Below the pieces are notes generated by a model, which saw nothing but the letters and a program-made list of their open reading frames with translations, ran no database searches and was not told the origin of the DNA. Below, one piece after another: positions 47,992 to 59,629 of a stretch of DNA of 64,000 bases. Every line of letters begins with the position of its first letter. Position 1 is the first letter of the stretch. The translations under genes were made by a program, and so were the position numbers. The DNA comes from Candidatus Methanosuratincola mesotaenarum (GTDB lineage Archaea > Thermoproteota > Methanomethylicia > Methanomethylicales > Methanomethylicaceae): the NCBI GenBank assembly GCA_038801705.1, contig JAULTC010000002.1:3072-67071 (forward strand). The letters are read 5' to 3'.

Positions 47992-48369
47992 TTACTTGGT
48001 CCCGCAGCCTATCTTCTCGAATGATTTGTCCTTCAGCATCTGGAGGGCGTCCTTGCACGCGGTGATTGCAGGCGCGCCACCGGCAACCGCCACCACGCGT
48101 ATTGCCTCAATGATCTCAGCGTCGGTCGCTCCCTTGTTGTGCGCGCCCCTCATCGCTGATACAACGCACTCCTTGCAGTGGCGCTGCGCACCCATCGCCA
48201 TTATGAGAAGCATCTTGAACTTCGAGGGAAGGGCCCCGTCTTCCTGGACTGTAGAATCGCAGAAATCATAGAACTCGGCCATCTTCGGGTCTATCTCAGC
48301 AGCAATGTGCATAATTGCAGGAGTAAAACCCATCTTCTTGTCAAACTTTTCCTTCAGGTTCTTGGTCAT
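47992..48369 (-). CDS. carboxymuconolactone decarboxylase/AhpD-like protein
   Basis: Motifs DGALP.K.K.LI, HCKEC and GAT.AEI.EA. Confidence 0.85.
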   Translation of the reverse strand: MTKNLKEKFDKKMGFTPAIMHIAAEIDPKMAEFYDFCDSTVQEDGALPSKFKMLLIMAMGAQRHCKECVVSAMRGAHNKGATDAEIIEAIRVVAVAGGAPAITACKDALQMLKDKSFEKIGCGTK

Positions 48370-48518
48370 GTTTCCACCAGTCTATAATATCTCCATGGAT
48401 CTTAAATCCTTACCCATGCTTCTGGAAGATCACTCCATTTGCAGAATGTGGAGCCGCCAGGCTGGAAGATTGTTATGCTTTAAATAAGGGGCAGATCTAA
48501 TCTCTCATGGTGTAGAGT

Positions 48519-50096
48519 TTGGAAGGTGTCTTCGTCAGCGACTTCATCGAGCCCGTTAAGGCAAGATCAAACTTCCCGGAGAGGGTCTATGTCCTTGACA
48601 CCACGCTCAGGGACGGCGAGCAGACGCCAGGGGTTTGCTTCACCCTAGAGGAAAAGATAGAGATTGCAAGGAGGCTGGACGAGCTTGGGGTGGACGTCAT
48701 CGAGGCAGGTTTCCCAGTCAACTCAGAGGAAGAGAGCAACACGGTCAAGACTATCAAGAGGGAGAGGCTGAGAGCCAAGATATGCGGGCTTGCGAGGTGT
48801 GTGACAAAGGACATAGATGCCTGCATACACAGCGAGGTGGATCGGGTCCACATCTTCATAGCCACGTCGGACGTCCACCTCAAGTACAAGCTAAGGATGG
48901 ATGAAGAGAAAGCGCTTGAGCAGGCGCTGGTGGCCACGGACTATATCAAGGCCCACGGTCTCGAGTGCGAGTTCTCCTGCGAGGACGCCACAAGGACACC
49001 CATAGAGAGGCTGATAAGGTTTTACAAATCAGTCGAGGAGCACGGTGCTGATCTGCACAATGTCCCCGACACGGTTGGAGTGATGGAGCCAGAGGCGATG
49101 TTTGAACTCATAAGCAGGCTCAGGGCTGCACTGAAGATGCCAATATCGATGCACTGCCACAACGACTTTGGGCTGGCTACTGCAAACACTCTGGCAGGCG
49201 TGAAAGCCGGCGCGTCCCAGATACACGTCACCGTGAATGGGCTGGGCGAGAGGGCGGGGAACGCGAGTCTCGAGCAGTCGGTCACCGCGCTCCACGCGAT
49301 GTACGGGGTCAGGACAGGGATAAGGCTCAACCTCCTCAAGGAGACGTCCAGGGTAGTCGAGAGGGCAAGCATGATCATCCTGCCACCGAACTTCCCGATC
49401 GTCGGGAATAACGCCTTTGCCCATGAGGCAGGGATCCACGTCCATGGGGTGCTCGCGAAGGCAGAGAGCTACGAGCCGCTCACGCCGGAGATGGTCGGGC
49501 AGAAGAGAAGGATAGTGATGGGCAAGCACACTGGCAAGCATGGTGTGGCCAACTTCGTCAAGGAGAAGTACAGCCTCACTGACGAGCAGATAGCGGCAGT
49601 TGTGGAAAAGGTCAGGGCGCTCGCAATTCACAAGAAGAAGATAATCGAGGATGACGTCAACGCGGTCGTCGACGAGGTCCTCGGGAGCGTCCCAGAGGGC
49701 GAGAGGCACGTAAGGCTCGACGAGATACTCGTCGTCACGGGTAATAAGATAACGCCGACGGCTTCTGTCCAGCTGACACATAACAGCCAGAAGCGCGTTG
49801 CGGCGGGCATAGGCACAGGCCCGGTAGATGCGCTCTCTAAGGCGATACAGTCTGCGCTTGGAGAGGAGATAAGGCTTCTGAACTATAAGCTCGAGGCGAT
49901 CTCAGGGGGAACAGACTCGCTCTGCACTGTCGAAGTGATGACAGAGGACAAGGACGGAAGGACGGCGATGGGACTCGCTGTCGGGGGCGACATCGTCATG
50001 GCATCTGCGAATGCGCTGATGGAGAGCCTGAATAGGATCTACAGCAAGCGGATAAAGGACAACGAACATTCAGGGGCAGCCCCGAGTAGGAACTAG
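48519..50096 (+). CDS. 2-isopropylmalate/(R)-citramalate synthase (LeuA/CimA family)
   Basis: DTTLRDGEQTPG, HCHNDFG, GERAGN and HEAGIH, plus a C-terminal regulatory domain (GTGPVDA). Confidence 0.9.
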   Translation: MEGVFVSDFIEPVKARSNFPERVYVLDTTLRDGEQTPGVCFTLEEKIEIARRLDELGVDVIEAGFPVNSEEESNTVKTIKRERLRAKICGLARCVTKDIDACIHSEVDRVHIFIATSDVHLKYKLRMDEEKALEQALVATDYIKAHGLECEFSCEDATRTPIERLIRFYKSVEEHGADLHNVPDTVGVMEPEAMFELISRLRAALKMPISMHCHNDFGLATANTLAGVKAGASQIHVTVNGLGERAGNASLEQSVTALHAMYGVRTGIRLNLLKETSRVVERASMIILPPNFPIVGNNAFAHEAGIHVHGVLAKAESYEPLTPEMVGQKRRIVMGKHTGKHGVANFVKEKYSLTDEQIAAVVEKVRALAIHKKKIIEDDVNAVVDEVLGSVPEGERHVRLDEILVVTGNKITPTASVQLTHNSQKRVAAGIGTGPVDALSKAIQSALGEEIRLLNYKLEAISGGTDSLCTVEVMTEDKDGRTAMGLAVGGDIVMASANALMESLNRIYSKRIKDNEHSGAAPSRN

Positions 50097-50129
50097 GGAA
50101 AGAAAAAAATTGAGGGATCTCTCCCTCCA

Positions 50130-52289
50130 TTAGAGGAACATCTTCCCAGGCATCTTTTTCGAATCCTCGTACTTCATCAGATCCTCCTTGGACACGCTCG
50201 GATGAACTGCCTTGATGGCTGCCTCGAAGTGCTTCATCTGGACTTTCTTGGGCTTCATGTCCTCTCTCAGGGCATTGAGGGCTGCCTCGCGGCATATGGC
50301 GGCGATGTCCGCTCCGGTGTAGCCTTCGGTCCTCTCAGCCAACGCTTTGAGGTCGACTCCCTCGTCCAAGGGCATCCTCTTCGTGTGGACCCTGAAGATC
50401 TCCTCCCTGGCAGCCTTATCTGGTATCGGTATGTAGACAGATCTGTCGAACCGCCCCGGCCTTAGGAGCGCCTGGTCGATCAGCTCTAGCCTGTTCGTCG
50501 CGCCTAAGACCACGACATTCTTCAGCGAGACCAGACCGTCCATCTCTGAGAGGATCTGGTTAACCATCCTCTCGGTCACCCCAGAGTCGGTGTGGCCACC
50601 ACGAATCGGTGCGATCGAGTCTAGCTCGTCGAAGAAGATTATGCACGGCGCAGCCTGTCTAGCCTTCTTGAAGATCTCCCTGATCGCCTTCTCGGACTCG
50701 CCGACCCACTTGCTCAGAACCTCAGGACCCTTGACGCTGATGAAGTTCGCGCCAGACTCGTTCGCGACCGCCTTCGCGAGCAGCGTCTTGCCTGTCCCAG
50801 GCGGTCCGTACATCAGTATGCCCTTTGGCGGCTCTATGCCCATCTGCTCAAAGAGCTCAGGATGTTTGAGTGGCCACTCCACCATCTCCCGGAGCTGCCT
50901 CTTCACATCATCGAGACCGCCCACGTCATCCCAGTGGACCTCGGGGACCTCAACGAAGACCTCGCGGAGCGCCGACGGAGTTATGTCTTTCATCGCATTG
51001 AGAAAGTCATCCTTGGATACCTTTAGGGACTTCAGTATTGAGGTGGGTATGGTCTGCTTCTGAAGGTCGAGCTTGGGCAGGAACCTCCTGAGCGCCCGCA
51101 TCGCAGCCTCGCGTGTGAGTGATGCAAGGTCCGCACCGCTGTAGCCATGGGTCATGCCAGCGATCTCGTCTATCTTGACATCCTCGCTGAGCGGCATGCC
51201 CCTGACATGGACTTGGAGTATGTCCTGCCTCCCCTTTTTGTCAGGCATCGAGATAGCCAGCTCGCGGTCGAACCTGCCGGGCCTCCTCAGGGCAGGGTCT
51301 ATCGCGTCAGGCCGGTTGGTTGCAGCTATGACCACCACCTGGCCCCTGCTCTTCAGACCGTCCATCAGTGCCAGCAGCTGGGCGACGACCCGCCTCTCGA
51401 CTTCGCCGGTCACCTCCTCCCTCTTTGGAGCGATTGAGTCGAGCTCGTCTATGAATATGATGCTCGGGGCATTCTTTTCGGCCTCCTCGAAGATCTCCCT
51501 GAGCTTCTGCTCCGACTCGCCGTAGAACTTGCTCATGATCTCTGGGCCGTTTATCGCGATGAAGTTCGCGCCAGACTCGTTCGCGACCGCCTTCGCGAGC
51601 AGCGTCTTGCCTGTCCCAGGCGGTCCGTACATCAGTATGCCCTTTGGCGGCTCTATGCCCAGGTGCTTGAAGAGCTCTGGATGGCGCATAGGCAGCTCGA
51701 TCATCTCCCTTATTTTCTCCTTCGCGTCCTCGAGCCCCCCGATATCCTCATAAGAGACTTTCGGTCTGGAGGTGTCCATCTCCTTCACAGGCTCCTCCTT
51801 CACTGCTACCTCCGAGTCTTCGGTGACGTACCCGGACTGGTCTGGCTGGATCGATGTGATGATGAGCCTAAGTGCCTCGCCCAAGATCGGTATCATTACT
51901 GTGTCGCCCTTGCTCAGCGGCTTGTCCTCAAGGATCTGCCTGACGTAGACGCCAAAGTCCGAGCTGAACCTTATCGGCTCGGTCGGCGCGAGGACCAGCT
52001 TGGAGATCGGCTTCAGATCGACCTTCGAGATCCTGACGGTCTCGCCTATCGATGTTCCTGCGTTGTGCCGGATTACCCCGTCTATCCTGATTATGTCGTG
52101 ATCCTCGTCCTCAGTGTACGCGGGCCACGCGATGGCGACGGTCCGCCGCTTCCCTTCAACCTCGATAAAGTCGCCAGGCCTTAGGCCGAGCCTGCTCATC
52201 GTCTGGCGGTTCAGCCTAGCCAAAGCGCGACCTACGTCTCTAGTCCGCGCCTCGGCAACCTCTAGTTCTAGCGATTCTTTTTCAGTCAT
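50130..52289 (-). CDS. cdc48: Cdc48/VAT AAA+ ATPase
   Basis: N-domain plus two AAA modules ([27 protein letters not shown]). Confidence 0.97.
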   Translation of the reverse strand: MTEKESLELEVAEARTRDVGRALARLNRQTMSRLGLRPGDFIEVEGKRRTVAIAWPAYTEDEDHDIIRIDGVIRHNAGTSIGETVRISKVDLKPISKLVLAPTEPIRFSSDFGVYVRQILEDKPLSKGDTVMIPILGEALRLIITSIQPDQSGYVTEDSEVAVKEEPVKEMDTSRPKVSYEDIGGLEDAKEKIREMIELPMRHPELFKHLGIEPPKGILMYGPPGTGKTLLAKAVANESGANFIAINGPEIMSKFYGESEQKLREIFEEAEKNAPSIIFIDELDSIAPKREEVTGEVERRVVAQLLALMDGLKSRGQVVVIAATNRPDAIDPALRRPGRFDRELAISMPDKKGRQDILQVHVRGMPLSEDVKIDEIAGMTHGYSGADLASLTREAAMRALRRFLPKLDLQKQTIPTSILKSLKVSKDDFLNAMKDITPSALREVFVEVPEVHWDDVGGLDDVKRQLREMVEWPLKHPELFEQMGIEPPKGILMYGPPGTGKTLLAKAVANESGANFISVKGPEVLSKWVGESEKAIREIFKKARQAAPCIIFFDELDSIAPIRGGHTDSGVTERMVNQILSEMDGLVSLKNVVVLGATNRLELIDQALLRPGRFDRSVYIPIPDKAAREEIFRVHTKRMPLDEGVDLKALAERTEGYTGADIAAICREAALNALREDMKPKKVQMKHFEAAIKAVHPSVSKEDLMKYEDSKKMPGKMFL
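50739..51661. repeat. perfect 104-bp intragenic repeat in cdc48 (D1 and D2 Walker A regions)
   Basis: Identical sequence at 50739-50842 and 51558-51661, offset 819 nt (273 codons). Confidence 0.93.
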
Positions 52290-52370
52290 CTTGATACACC
52301 TGCCACATATCTATATTACAGAAAGATATATATTTTACTGCGATATATTACTATTCCGAGGTGGTGGAGG

Positions 52371-52814
52371 ATGTCTTACGGGATCGACATATTTGATGAT
52401 TTCCGGAGGATGATGCGGGAAATGGAAAAGCTCATGGGCAACATGACTGAGGAGATGTATAAAAGGCTGCCAGTAGTTAGGGAGCCTGGCTTCAGAGAGC
52501 CGTTCGTTGACATCAATGAGACGGCGGACGAGGTGATCGTTACCGCGGAGCTCCCCGGTGTATCGAAGGAGAACATTGAGCTCAACCTGGCAGACAATAG
52601 TCTGGAAATAAAGACCACCCAAAAGGAAGAGGTCGCCGTTGAGAAGGAGGGGTTCAGGAAGAGGGAGAGGAGGTCAATGAACTTCTACAGGCTCATTGAA
52701 CTGCCCTGCGGAGTCGACAGCTCAAAGGCGAAGGCCAACTTCAACAACGGCGTCCTCGAGGTCAGGATGCCCAAGCTGGAGAAGGTCAAGAAGCAGTCGA
52801 TTAAGATCGAGTGA
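52371..52814 (+). CDS. hsp20: small heat-shock protein Hsp20
   Basis: EPFVDI, AELPGVSKE and ANFNNGVLEV..PK; divergent from cdc48. Confidence 0.95.
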   Translation: MSYGIDIFDDFRRMMREMEKLMGNMTEEMYKRLPVVREPGFREPFVDINETADEVIVTAELPGVSKENIELNLADNSLEIKTTQKEEVAVEKEGFRKRERRSMNFYRLIELPCGVDSSKAKANFNNGVLEVRMPKLEKVKKQSIKIE

Positions 52815-52827
52815 GCCCCGCATCATC

Positions 52828-52900
52828 CTTTTTCCTTTTGTTTTTTCATTCCTTTTCCTTTTTCTGCGCCCCTCTTTTTCAGTCCTCTTCTTTCATTTAT
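52828..52900 (+). terminator. long oligo-T terminator tract after hsp20
   Basis: Pyrimidine run CTTTTTCCTTTTGTTTTTTCATTCCTTTTCCTTTTT. Confidence 0.55.
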
Positions 52901-53096
52901 CTTCTGTCGCCTCATTAAACATATTCTATTCCAATTTTCATTTCGAACTTTATTGCTTTGATTTGGGCTAAATTTTCATCGCCAAGTAGCCACGCCAAGC
53001 CGATAATTTGCGTCTCAGCTGGGAGGCGTTGAGTCTTCCCTCAAAGATCAGTATTTTTATTACACCCAAAAGGGTATTATTCGGAAGTGAGCAGGA

Positions 53097-53393
53097 ATGG
53101 AGAGCATAAAGACCGTCTCGAAGGAAAGGACGGAGAGGCTAGCGTGGCTCTCGAAGATCGCGCTGAGACCTGAAGAGATCGAGAAGTTCACGGACCAGTT
53201 GAACAGGATACTCGAGTTCGCGAACGCGCTCGACAATCCGGAGGTGAACGCAGCCGAGCCAACTTTCCATGTCCTAGACCTTGCGAATGCCTTCAGGAAA
53301 GACCAAGAGGAGGAATGCCTGAAGAGAGAGGAAGCACTCTCAACGGCGGCAAAGGTCAAGGATGGTTTCATAGTTGCTCCCAAGATAGTCTAG
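53097..53393 (+). CDS. gatC: Asp/Glu-tRNA amidotransferase subunit C
   Basis: LA.LSKI.L..EE..KF...L..IL and F.VAPKIV; first gene of gatCAB. Confidence 0.88.
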   Translation: MESIKTVSKERTERLAWLSKIALRPEEIEKFTDQLNRILEFANALDNPEVNAAEPTFHVLDLANAFRKDQEEECLKREEALSTAAKVKDGFIVAPKIV

Positions 53394-53397
53394 GCGA

Positions 53398-54840
53398 GTG
53401 CCAAGAATGACAAGATTGCTGGATATGACGCTCTTCGAGGCAGTAGGCGCAATCAAGAGCGGGGAGGTCGAGAAAGAGGGGCTCTTCGAGGCCTACCTTG
53501 ACAGGATAAGGAGGCTGAACCCCGAGTACGGAGCCTACATCACTGTGAGCCAGGGGACGGGGGGCAGTGGCAGAGTCGAAGATGGCGGGGTCCTAGAAGG
53601 GGCCCCTATCGCAATCAAGGATTGCATATGCACAAAGGGGATCAGGACGACATGCGCTTCGAAGATCCTCAGGGAGTACCTGCCGCCCTACGACGCGACG
53701 GTGGTCTCTAGGATAAAGAAAGAGGGGGGGGAGATCGCAGGTAAGACGAACATGGACGAATTCGCAATGGGTTCGTCGACCGAGAACTCTGGTTTCTTCA
53801 TATGCCGCAACCCATGGGACAAGTCCAGGGTGCCTGGAGGGTCGTCAGGCGGGTCCGCGGTCGCGGTCTCGGCGAGGCTCGCTTTGGCAGCACTCGGGTC
53901 AGACACAGGGGGATCAGTGAGGTGCCCTGCGAGCTTCTGCGGGATAGTAGCCATGAAGGCTACGTATGGGCTGGTGAGCAGGTACGGGCTGGTGGCGTAC
54001 GCAAACAGCCTAGAGCAGATCGGTCCGATGGCGAGGGACGTCAGGGACTGCGCAATGATGCTCAGCGTGATAAGCGGGCAAGACCCGAAGGACTGCACCA
54101 CGATTCCAAGGCGTGGGAAGGACTACCTCCCATACCTTGACAAGGATGTCAAGGGACTAAGGATAGGGGTACCTAGAGAGTTCTTCGGAGAGGGTACAAA
54201 CAGCATGGTCGAGAGGGGAGTCTGGAACGGGATACATGCCCTTGAGGAGTGGGGGGCTCATTGGGAGGAAGCGTCGCTGCCGTCACTCAAGTACGCACTC
54301 CCCGCATACTATATAATAGCCATGTCAGAGGCAAGCTCGAACCTTGCACGCTTCGATGGGATAAGGTATGGAACCAGGGAGGAGGACGAAGGGCTGAACT
54401 GGGAGGAGTCGTTCTCGAGGACTAGGGGGGCGAACTTTGGCAGTGAGGTGAAGAGGAGGATAATACTGGGAACCTTCGCACTCTCCTCTGGATACTATGA
54501 GGAGTACTACCTGAAAGCGCTAAAGGCAAGGACACTGATAAGGAGGGGCTTTGAGCGCCTTTTCAAGGACTATGATCTGCTGGTCGGCCCGACGATGCCA
54601 ACTCCTGCCTTCAGAATAGGCGAGAAGCTCGAGGATCCGCTCGAGATGTACATGAGTGACATCGACACCGTCTCAGCGAACCTTGCAGGAATACCCGCCA
54701 TATCGGTCCCGTGTGGCTTCGCCGGTGGGCTCCCAATCGGGCTCCAAATAATGGGCCCGCCTCTGGGAGAGGGGATGGTAATTACTGCCGCGAGGAGGAT
54801 CGAGGAGGCACTTGGGCTTGACCTCAGACCCCCGGTTTGA
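53398..54840 (+). CDS. gatA: Asp/Glu-tRNA amidotransferase subunit A
   Basis: Motifs KTNMDEFAMGSSTE, PGGSSGGS, GSDTGGSVR and SSNLARFDG. Confidence 0.96.
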   Translation: MPRMTRLLDMTLFEAVGAIKSGEVEKEGLFEAYLDRIRRLNPEYGAYITVSQGTGGSGRVEDGGVLEGAPIAIKDCICTKGIRTTCASKILREYLPPYDATVVSRIKKEGGEIAGKTNMDEFAMGSSTENSGFFICRNPWDKSRVPGGSSGGSAVAVSARLALAALGSDTGGSVRCPASFCGIVAMKATYGLVSRYGLVAYANSLEQIGPMARDVRDCAMMLSVISGQDPKDCTTIPRRGKDYLPYLDKDVKGLRIGVPREFFGEGTNSMVERGVWNGIHALEEWGAHWEEASLPSLKYALPAYYIIAMSEASSNLARFDGIRYGTREEDEGLNWEESFSRTRGANFGSEVKRRIILGTFALSSGYYEEYYLKALKARTLIRRGFERLFKDYDLLVGPTMPTPAFRIGEKLEDPLEMYMSDIDTVSANLAGIPAISVPCGFAGGLPIGLQIMGPPLGEGMVITAARRIEEALGLDLRPPV

Positions 54841-54858
54841 ATTGATAGGTGAGAAGAG

Positions 54859-56307
54859 ATGTCTGGAGACGGAGTTGTGATAGGAATCGAGGTCCACTGC
54901 CAGCTGAACAGGCTCAAGACCAAGCTCTTCTGCGGCTGTAGCACTGACTACAGGGGGAAAGCACCTAATACGAATGCATGCGAGGTCTGCCTTGGCCACC
55001 CGGGGGCGCTTCCGAGGCCGAATGAAAAGGCGGTCGAGCTCGCAGTAATGACCGGGCTTGCCCTGAACAGCACGGTAAGCGAGAAGACCTCATTCTACAG
55101 GAAGAACTACTACTACGTGGATATGGGCAAGAACTTCCAGATCTCAATGTACGAGACGAAGGGTTCAAAGACCATCTGCAAGGGGGGCTTTATAGACATC
55201 AATATCGGCAGCGGAAGGAAGCGGGTAAGGATCACAAGGATACAGCTCGAGGAGGATCCGGCCAAGCTCGTCCACATCGGGCCGATCGACCTCTCGCCAT
55301 ATACGCTCGTGGACTACAACAGGGCGGGTATGGCACTACTGGAAATCGTGACAGAGCCAGACATGTCCTCCCCAAGGGAGGCGAGGCTCTTCCTACAGAA
55401 GCTCAGGTCGATCCTGGAGCATATCGGGGCATTCGACGGTAGCCTGGAGGGGGCGATGAGGTGTGACGCGAACGTCTCGATTAGGGGCGGCACGAGGGTG
55501 GAGATAAAGAACATCTCCTCCTTTAAGGAGGTCGAGAGGGCGCTTAACTTCGAGCTCTCGAGGCAGAGGAGCCTGCTGCAGAAGGGCGAGAGGGTCAGGC
55601 GGGAGACCAGGCACTGGGACGAGATCAGGAAGGTTACAATCTCGCTGAGGGAGAAGGAGGAGGAGCATGACTATAGGTACTTCCCCGAGCCGGACATACC
55701 ACCGATACAGCTGAATGAAGGGTATGTTGATACCATCCGGGCTAGGATGCCTGAGCTGCCGGACGCCCGCGCGGAGAGGTTTGCGAGAGGGTACGGGCTT
55801 CCCCAGTACGACGCACAGGTACTCACTGCGGAGAAGAGGCTTGCCGACTTCTTCGAGGAGGCGGCCAGGCTTCACGGCGAACCGAAGACGGTCAGCAACT
55901 GGATCATGAGCGACCTTCTCGGCGTCCTCCACGACAAGGGGCTAGAGATAGACGAGGCAAAGATTACGCCGGCCGCGTTTGCGGGGATGCTCAGAATGAT
56001 CAGGGATGGGGCGATAAGCGGGAAGATCGGGAAGATCATACTCCCGACGCTAGTCACAACAGGCAGGGCTGCGGAGGAGGTCGTGAGGGAGAATGATCTG
56101 CTCAAGATCGCAGACAGGGAGGCGATCGAGAGGGTCGTGGAAGAGGTGTTTGCAGAAAACCCCAAGGCAGTCTCCGACGCGGTCAACGACGAGAAGGCAG
56201 CACACTTCCTTGTGGGCCAGGTGATGCGCAAGACTAGAGGGAAAGGCGACCCAGAGCTGGTCAATCTCTCGATAAGAGAGAGACTGGAAAGCATGAGGAA
56301 AAGGTAA
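54859..56307 (+). CDS. gatB: Asp/Glu-tRNA amidotransferase subunit B
   Basis: Motifs IGIEVH.QL, FYRKNYYY, LEED, EIVTEP, RCDANVS, EIKN and YRYFPEPD. Confidence 0.96.
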   Translation: MSGDGVVIGIEVHCQLNRLKTKLFCGCSTDYRGKAPNTNACEVCLGHPGALPRPNEKAVELAVMTGLALNSTVSEKTSFYRKNYYYVDMGKNFQISMYETKGSKTICKGGFIDINIGSGRKRVRITRIQLEEDPAKLVHIGPIDLSPYTLVDYNRAGMALLEIVTEPDMSSPREARLFLQKLRSILEHIGAFDGSLEGAMRCDANVSIRGGTRVEIKNISSFKEVERALNFELSRQRSLLQKGERVRRETRHWDEIRKVTISLREKEEEHDYRYFPEPDIPPIQLNEGYVDTIRARMPELPDARAERFARGYGLPQYDAQVLTAEKRLADFFEEAARLHGEPKTVSNWIMSDLLGVLHDKGLEIDEAKITPAAFAGMLRMIRDGAISGKIGKIILPTLVTTGRAAEEVVRENDLLKIADREAIERVVEEVFAENPKAVSDAVNDEKAAHFLVGQVMRKTRGKGDPELVNLSIRERLESMRKR

Positions 56308-56381
56308 ACTGGAAAAGATACTCCTGGAAGACCAAGAAGAATAAGAAAGTGCGGTACAATGGAGGGCTAAGCGACTGGTTG

Positions 56382-59300
56382 TCAAGGCAAGGCATAATCC
56401 GGTCGAGACAACAAGAACTTCGTTTCCCCTGTAGTATATGCATTTTTACCCTTATGCCTGTAGATGTACAAGACTGCTATAACGCAGGATATGAGAAGGA
56501 CCCCGTATACCACAGTGTTCCCGACAAAGAAGACGCCCTCTTCCACAGCCACGGTATCGAAATATGGGACTCCCACACTTGTGCTCACAACTGAGTAGGG
56601 CACCAGAGTGCTTACGGCAGCCGCATACTTCCCCCCTCCAATTTCAACCGCACGCTGACCGTTTATATCCACAACCGCACCGAGAACTGGAGAGCCGTCG
56701 TACTGGAAAGACAAGGCTGCCTCGACCCTGCACTCCCCTGGAAGGCGCGTATCGTATGTCTTATTTACTACTATATTGTCGAAGACAACCGAGGCGGGCT
56801 GCGAGTACTGAACGAACTCCGTAAGCCCGTTGAGCTCGTCGGTGATGTCCGCAACTGAGTAGTAGTACCTCCCAATCGAATCCTTTTTATTGGTATCATT
56901 TAGGACGAAGCCCCCAACCCATCTCTGAGAGTCGTATTCATAGATGCCGGACGCGTTCAGGAGAACAGATTTGCCGACGCCGACCCTAATCTCATGGGGG
57001 GTGATTTCGGTGATTATGACCCGGTCAAAGACGATGGAGGCTGGCGCAGCATTCCAGCAGACAGTAGTAATTGGGTCGTCATAGTCCTGGATTGAGGATA
57101 TCCTGAAAGTGTATTCGCCCGATATGAGTTCCGAGACCTGCAACTCCCACCTCTGGTTAGCATCGTTCCAGATTGCCTCCGTTCCGTTGATGTGTGCAGT
57201 CCCGTTCATTCCAGTGAACGGAGAGCCGTCGTACTGGTATACGATTTTGAACCAGACGGACTGTGAGGAGCCGATGTCAGCTCTTGAGAGACTGAACCCG
57301 CTCTCGTTCACGAGGAAGGAATCTGCGATCAGGTATCTCGTCTCAGACCACTCACCCATGTTTCCAGCTCTGTCAATCGCCCTGACACGCCAGTACCACA
57401 GACCTGGAGCTAGAGCACCCTTGCAAGAAACTTCCTGCGACTCCATGAGCTGAAGATCATTGGATCGGAAGTCAGGTGATCCACATATTTCGATTAGGTA
57501 CTTTGCTACGCCGCTCCCCGCATCAACTGCAGGGTACCATGAGAAGATTGCCTCCGCATCGGTGCGAAGAGCTGACCTTGGGCTTCTAATGGCTGGAATG
57601 CAGGGCGGCGCGTTATCCAAGTTTATGGTGGAGGGGAGATAGCTTTGCGGGCTGTAGTCATAACCATCAAAGGCAACTGCGCATATCTGGACATCAGAGA
57701 TGGTCAATGGAGAAGTATTCCATGAAAACCTCCAGAGGGCAGTGGCTGATCCGCTGCTATTGCTCCCGATGAAATATGACTGGTCATCAACGCAGTAGAA
57801 AAAGTCAACTTTTCTTATGCCATCGTCAAGGTCAGATGCATTCGCTACCAGCTCCAGTACTCCGCTGTAATACCCCCCGCCGATTGTCGAAAGGATTTCA
57901 ACGGAGGGGATGCGGTTCTGTACAGTTATCGTCTGCGACCTTGTGAATGAAAGACCATTGTTGTCTGTTACCGTCAGAGATACTATGAACTCGCCATGTA
58001 AGGAGTAGGAGTGCACGGGACTCCTCAAACCAGATTGCACCCCGTCGCCGAAAGACCAGTACCAGCTGACGATTGTACCGCCTTTTGAGGAGGAGTTATC
58101 GGTGAACTGCACGGGCTCGAATGTGAGTGGCGCATAGGGAGACCAGCTGAAAAGCACAGACGGCCTGTCGCTTATGGCAACGGTGGCAGGAGTCCAGGCG
58201 GGCACCTCGTCGGACGAATAAGTCTCTATTGGAGGATCAGAATAGGCGGAGTAGATTTCAATGCTGAAAGATGTAATCATAGCGGCTGAAGAACCGCGCC
58301 CCATAGCCAAGAAGAATTCGTCCGCGCCGGCATCGATGTGACCCTTGAACTCGGTCAGGTCTATACACATGAAGTTCGGTATCTTAGAGTGTTTGCCTGC
58401 ACTCCAGTACTCCGATGGGCGCGTGGTGGCGAGGGGTGATTCAGGACTGCCAATCCCGACGGTTACCTCAGCGCCATCGAGGGTGCCTACAGGGTCAAGG
58501 GTCCAAGTTCCAAGCACCAGGGGCTCGTATGGGCGTCCATAATCCCTCGGGAGGTAGTAGTTTGCAACTGGCGAGTTACTTCTTATCTTGCTCATTGTGT
58601 CGTACGTGATCCAGTAGAACCCCCCGTCTTTGAAGCCCGCACCCCACGAGTTTGCCACGCGGAATGCACTAGAGTCGCCCGCGTCAGTGTCAGTAATGCT
58701 GTCGTCGTAGCCCACAATCACGTTTGCGTGACATGGGGCGGCTCCGTTATATTCATCATATGAAAGTATCAAATCAGAGGAAGAGTACCAGGCGCAGGAA
58801 GAGTCAATATAGAACGTGACCAAGTAGCCGTCGTTGAGCAGTGATTTTATCACCTCAATGTTGTCGGGACTTACCGACCCTACGCCCCCAGCCCTGTAGA
58901 GCGGAGCCTCACGCCAGGCTTCTCCCCCTCCCCAACTTAAGTAGTCTTACTGGTTGTAGGGCATCGCATGCATGCTTGCAGAGCCAATCTCAGAAAACAG
59001 CAGCATGTTCTTGTAACACCAAGACCCACCGTCTAAACCGCCGTTGACCTTATTGTATGCCCAGGCCGGGCTCATCACATGGGCAGGGTTTGCCTTGACG
59101 TCGGTCCACCCATGCACTCTTGCCTGCAAGTAGGTGTTCGCGTAATAAACGCTCGCCCAAGCCGTGCATGATCCTTGGATGCCCTGATCCCCGACTGCAG
59201 GGAAGTAGGGATCGAGTTCACACCTCCTCGAAGATGCCATCGGAGTGCTTACTGAAACGGAGTCCATCATCACCGAGCCGACAAGTACAGCCCACCATTC

Positions 59301-59597
59301 TTCGTCAGGAGGGGAGACGCCTGTGCCGTGTCCGCACATGATTATGTTATAGTCGTTGTCGGGGTCTTTGGTGCCGAGGATCTGTCTCATTGACTGAACC
59401 TCTTCCAAGGTAACATTGTGGTAAAAATAAACTGCTCCACTTTCAGCTGCAAAACTGCCAATGGTTCCGGAGGGATTGGTACAGATAGGCTGAGATGCGA
59501 CGATTTGTGCGGGATACATGGGTGCGGAACTCGAAATTTCAAGAAAGGAAAAGAGCAGGATGATGACCAAAAAGATTTTTCTGATCAATACGACCAC
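56382..59597 (-). pseudogene. secreted, membrane-anchored papain-family (C1A) cysteine protease with PKD/Ig-like domains, interrupted by an in-frame TAA
   Basis: ORF 58947-59597 carries the signal peptide and DQGIQGSCTAWA. ORF 56382-58853 carries HANVIVGYDD, ANSWG, PKD (WYWSFGDG..HSY) and a C-terminal TM. The two are in the same frame and joined by MPYNQ*DYLSWGGGEAWREAPLYR. Confidence 0.85.
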
Positions 59598-59629
59598 AGC
59601 TGAAATTATTGCATTTGTGCTAAAAGACG

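Noticed and set aside
48519..50096. Homocitrate synthase AksA for coenzyme B
   Set aside because: It carries the C-terminal LeuA-type regulatory domain that AksA normally lacks; LeuA versus CimA cannot be resolved by eye.
58947..58949. Pyrrolysine or selenocysteine read-through in the protease
   Set aside because: The stop is TAA, which is not recoded by either system.
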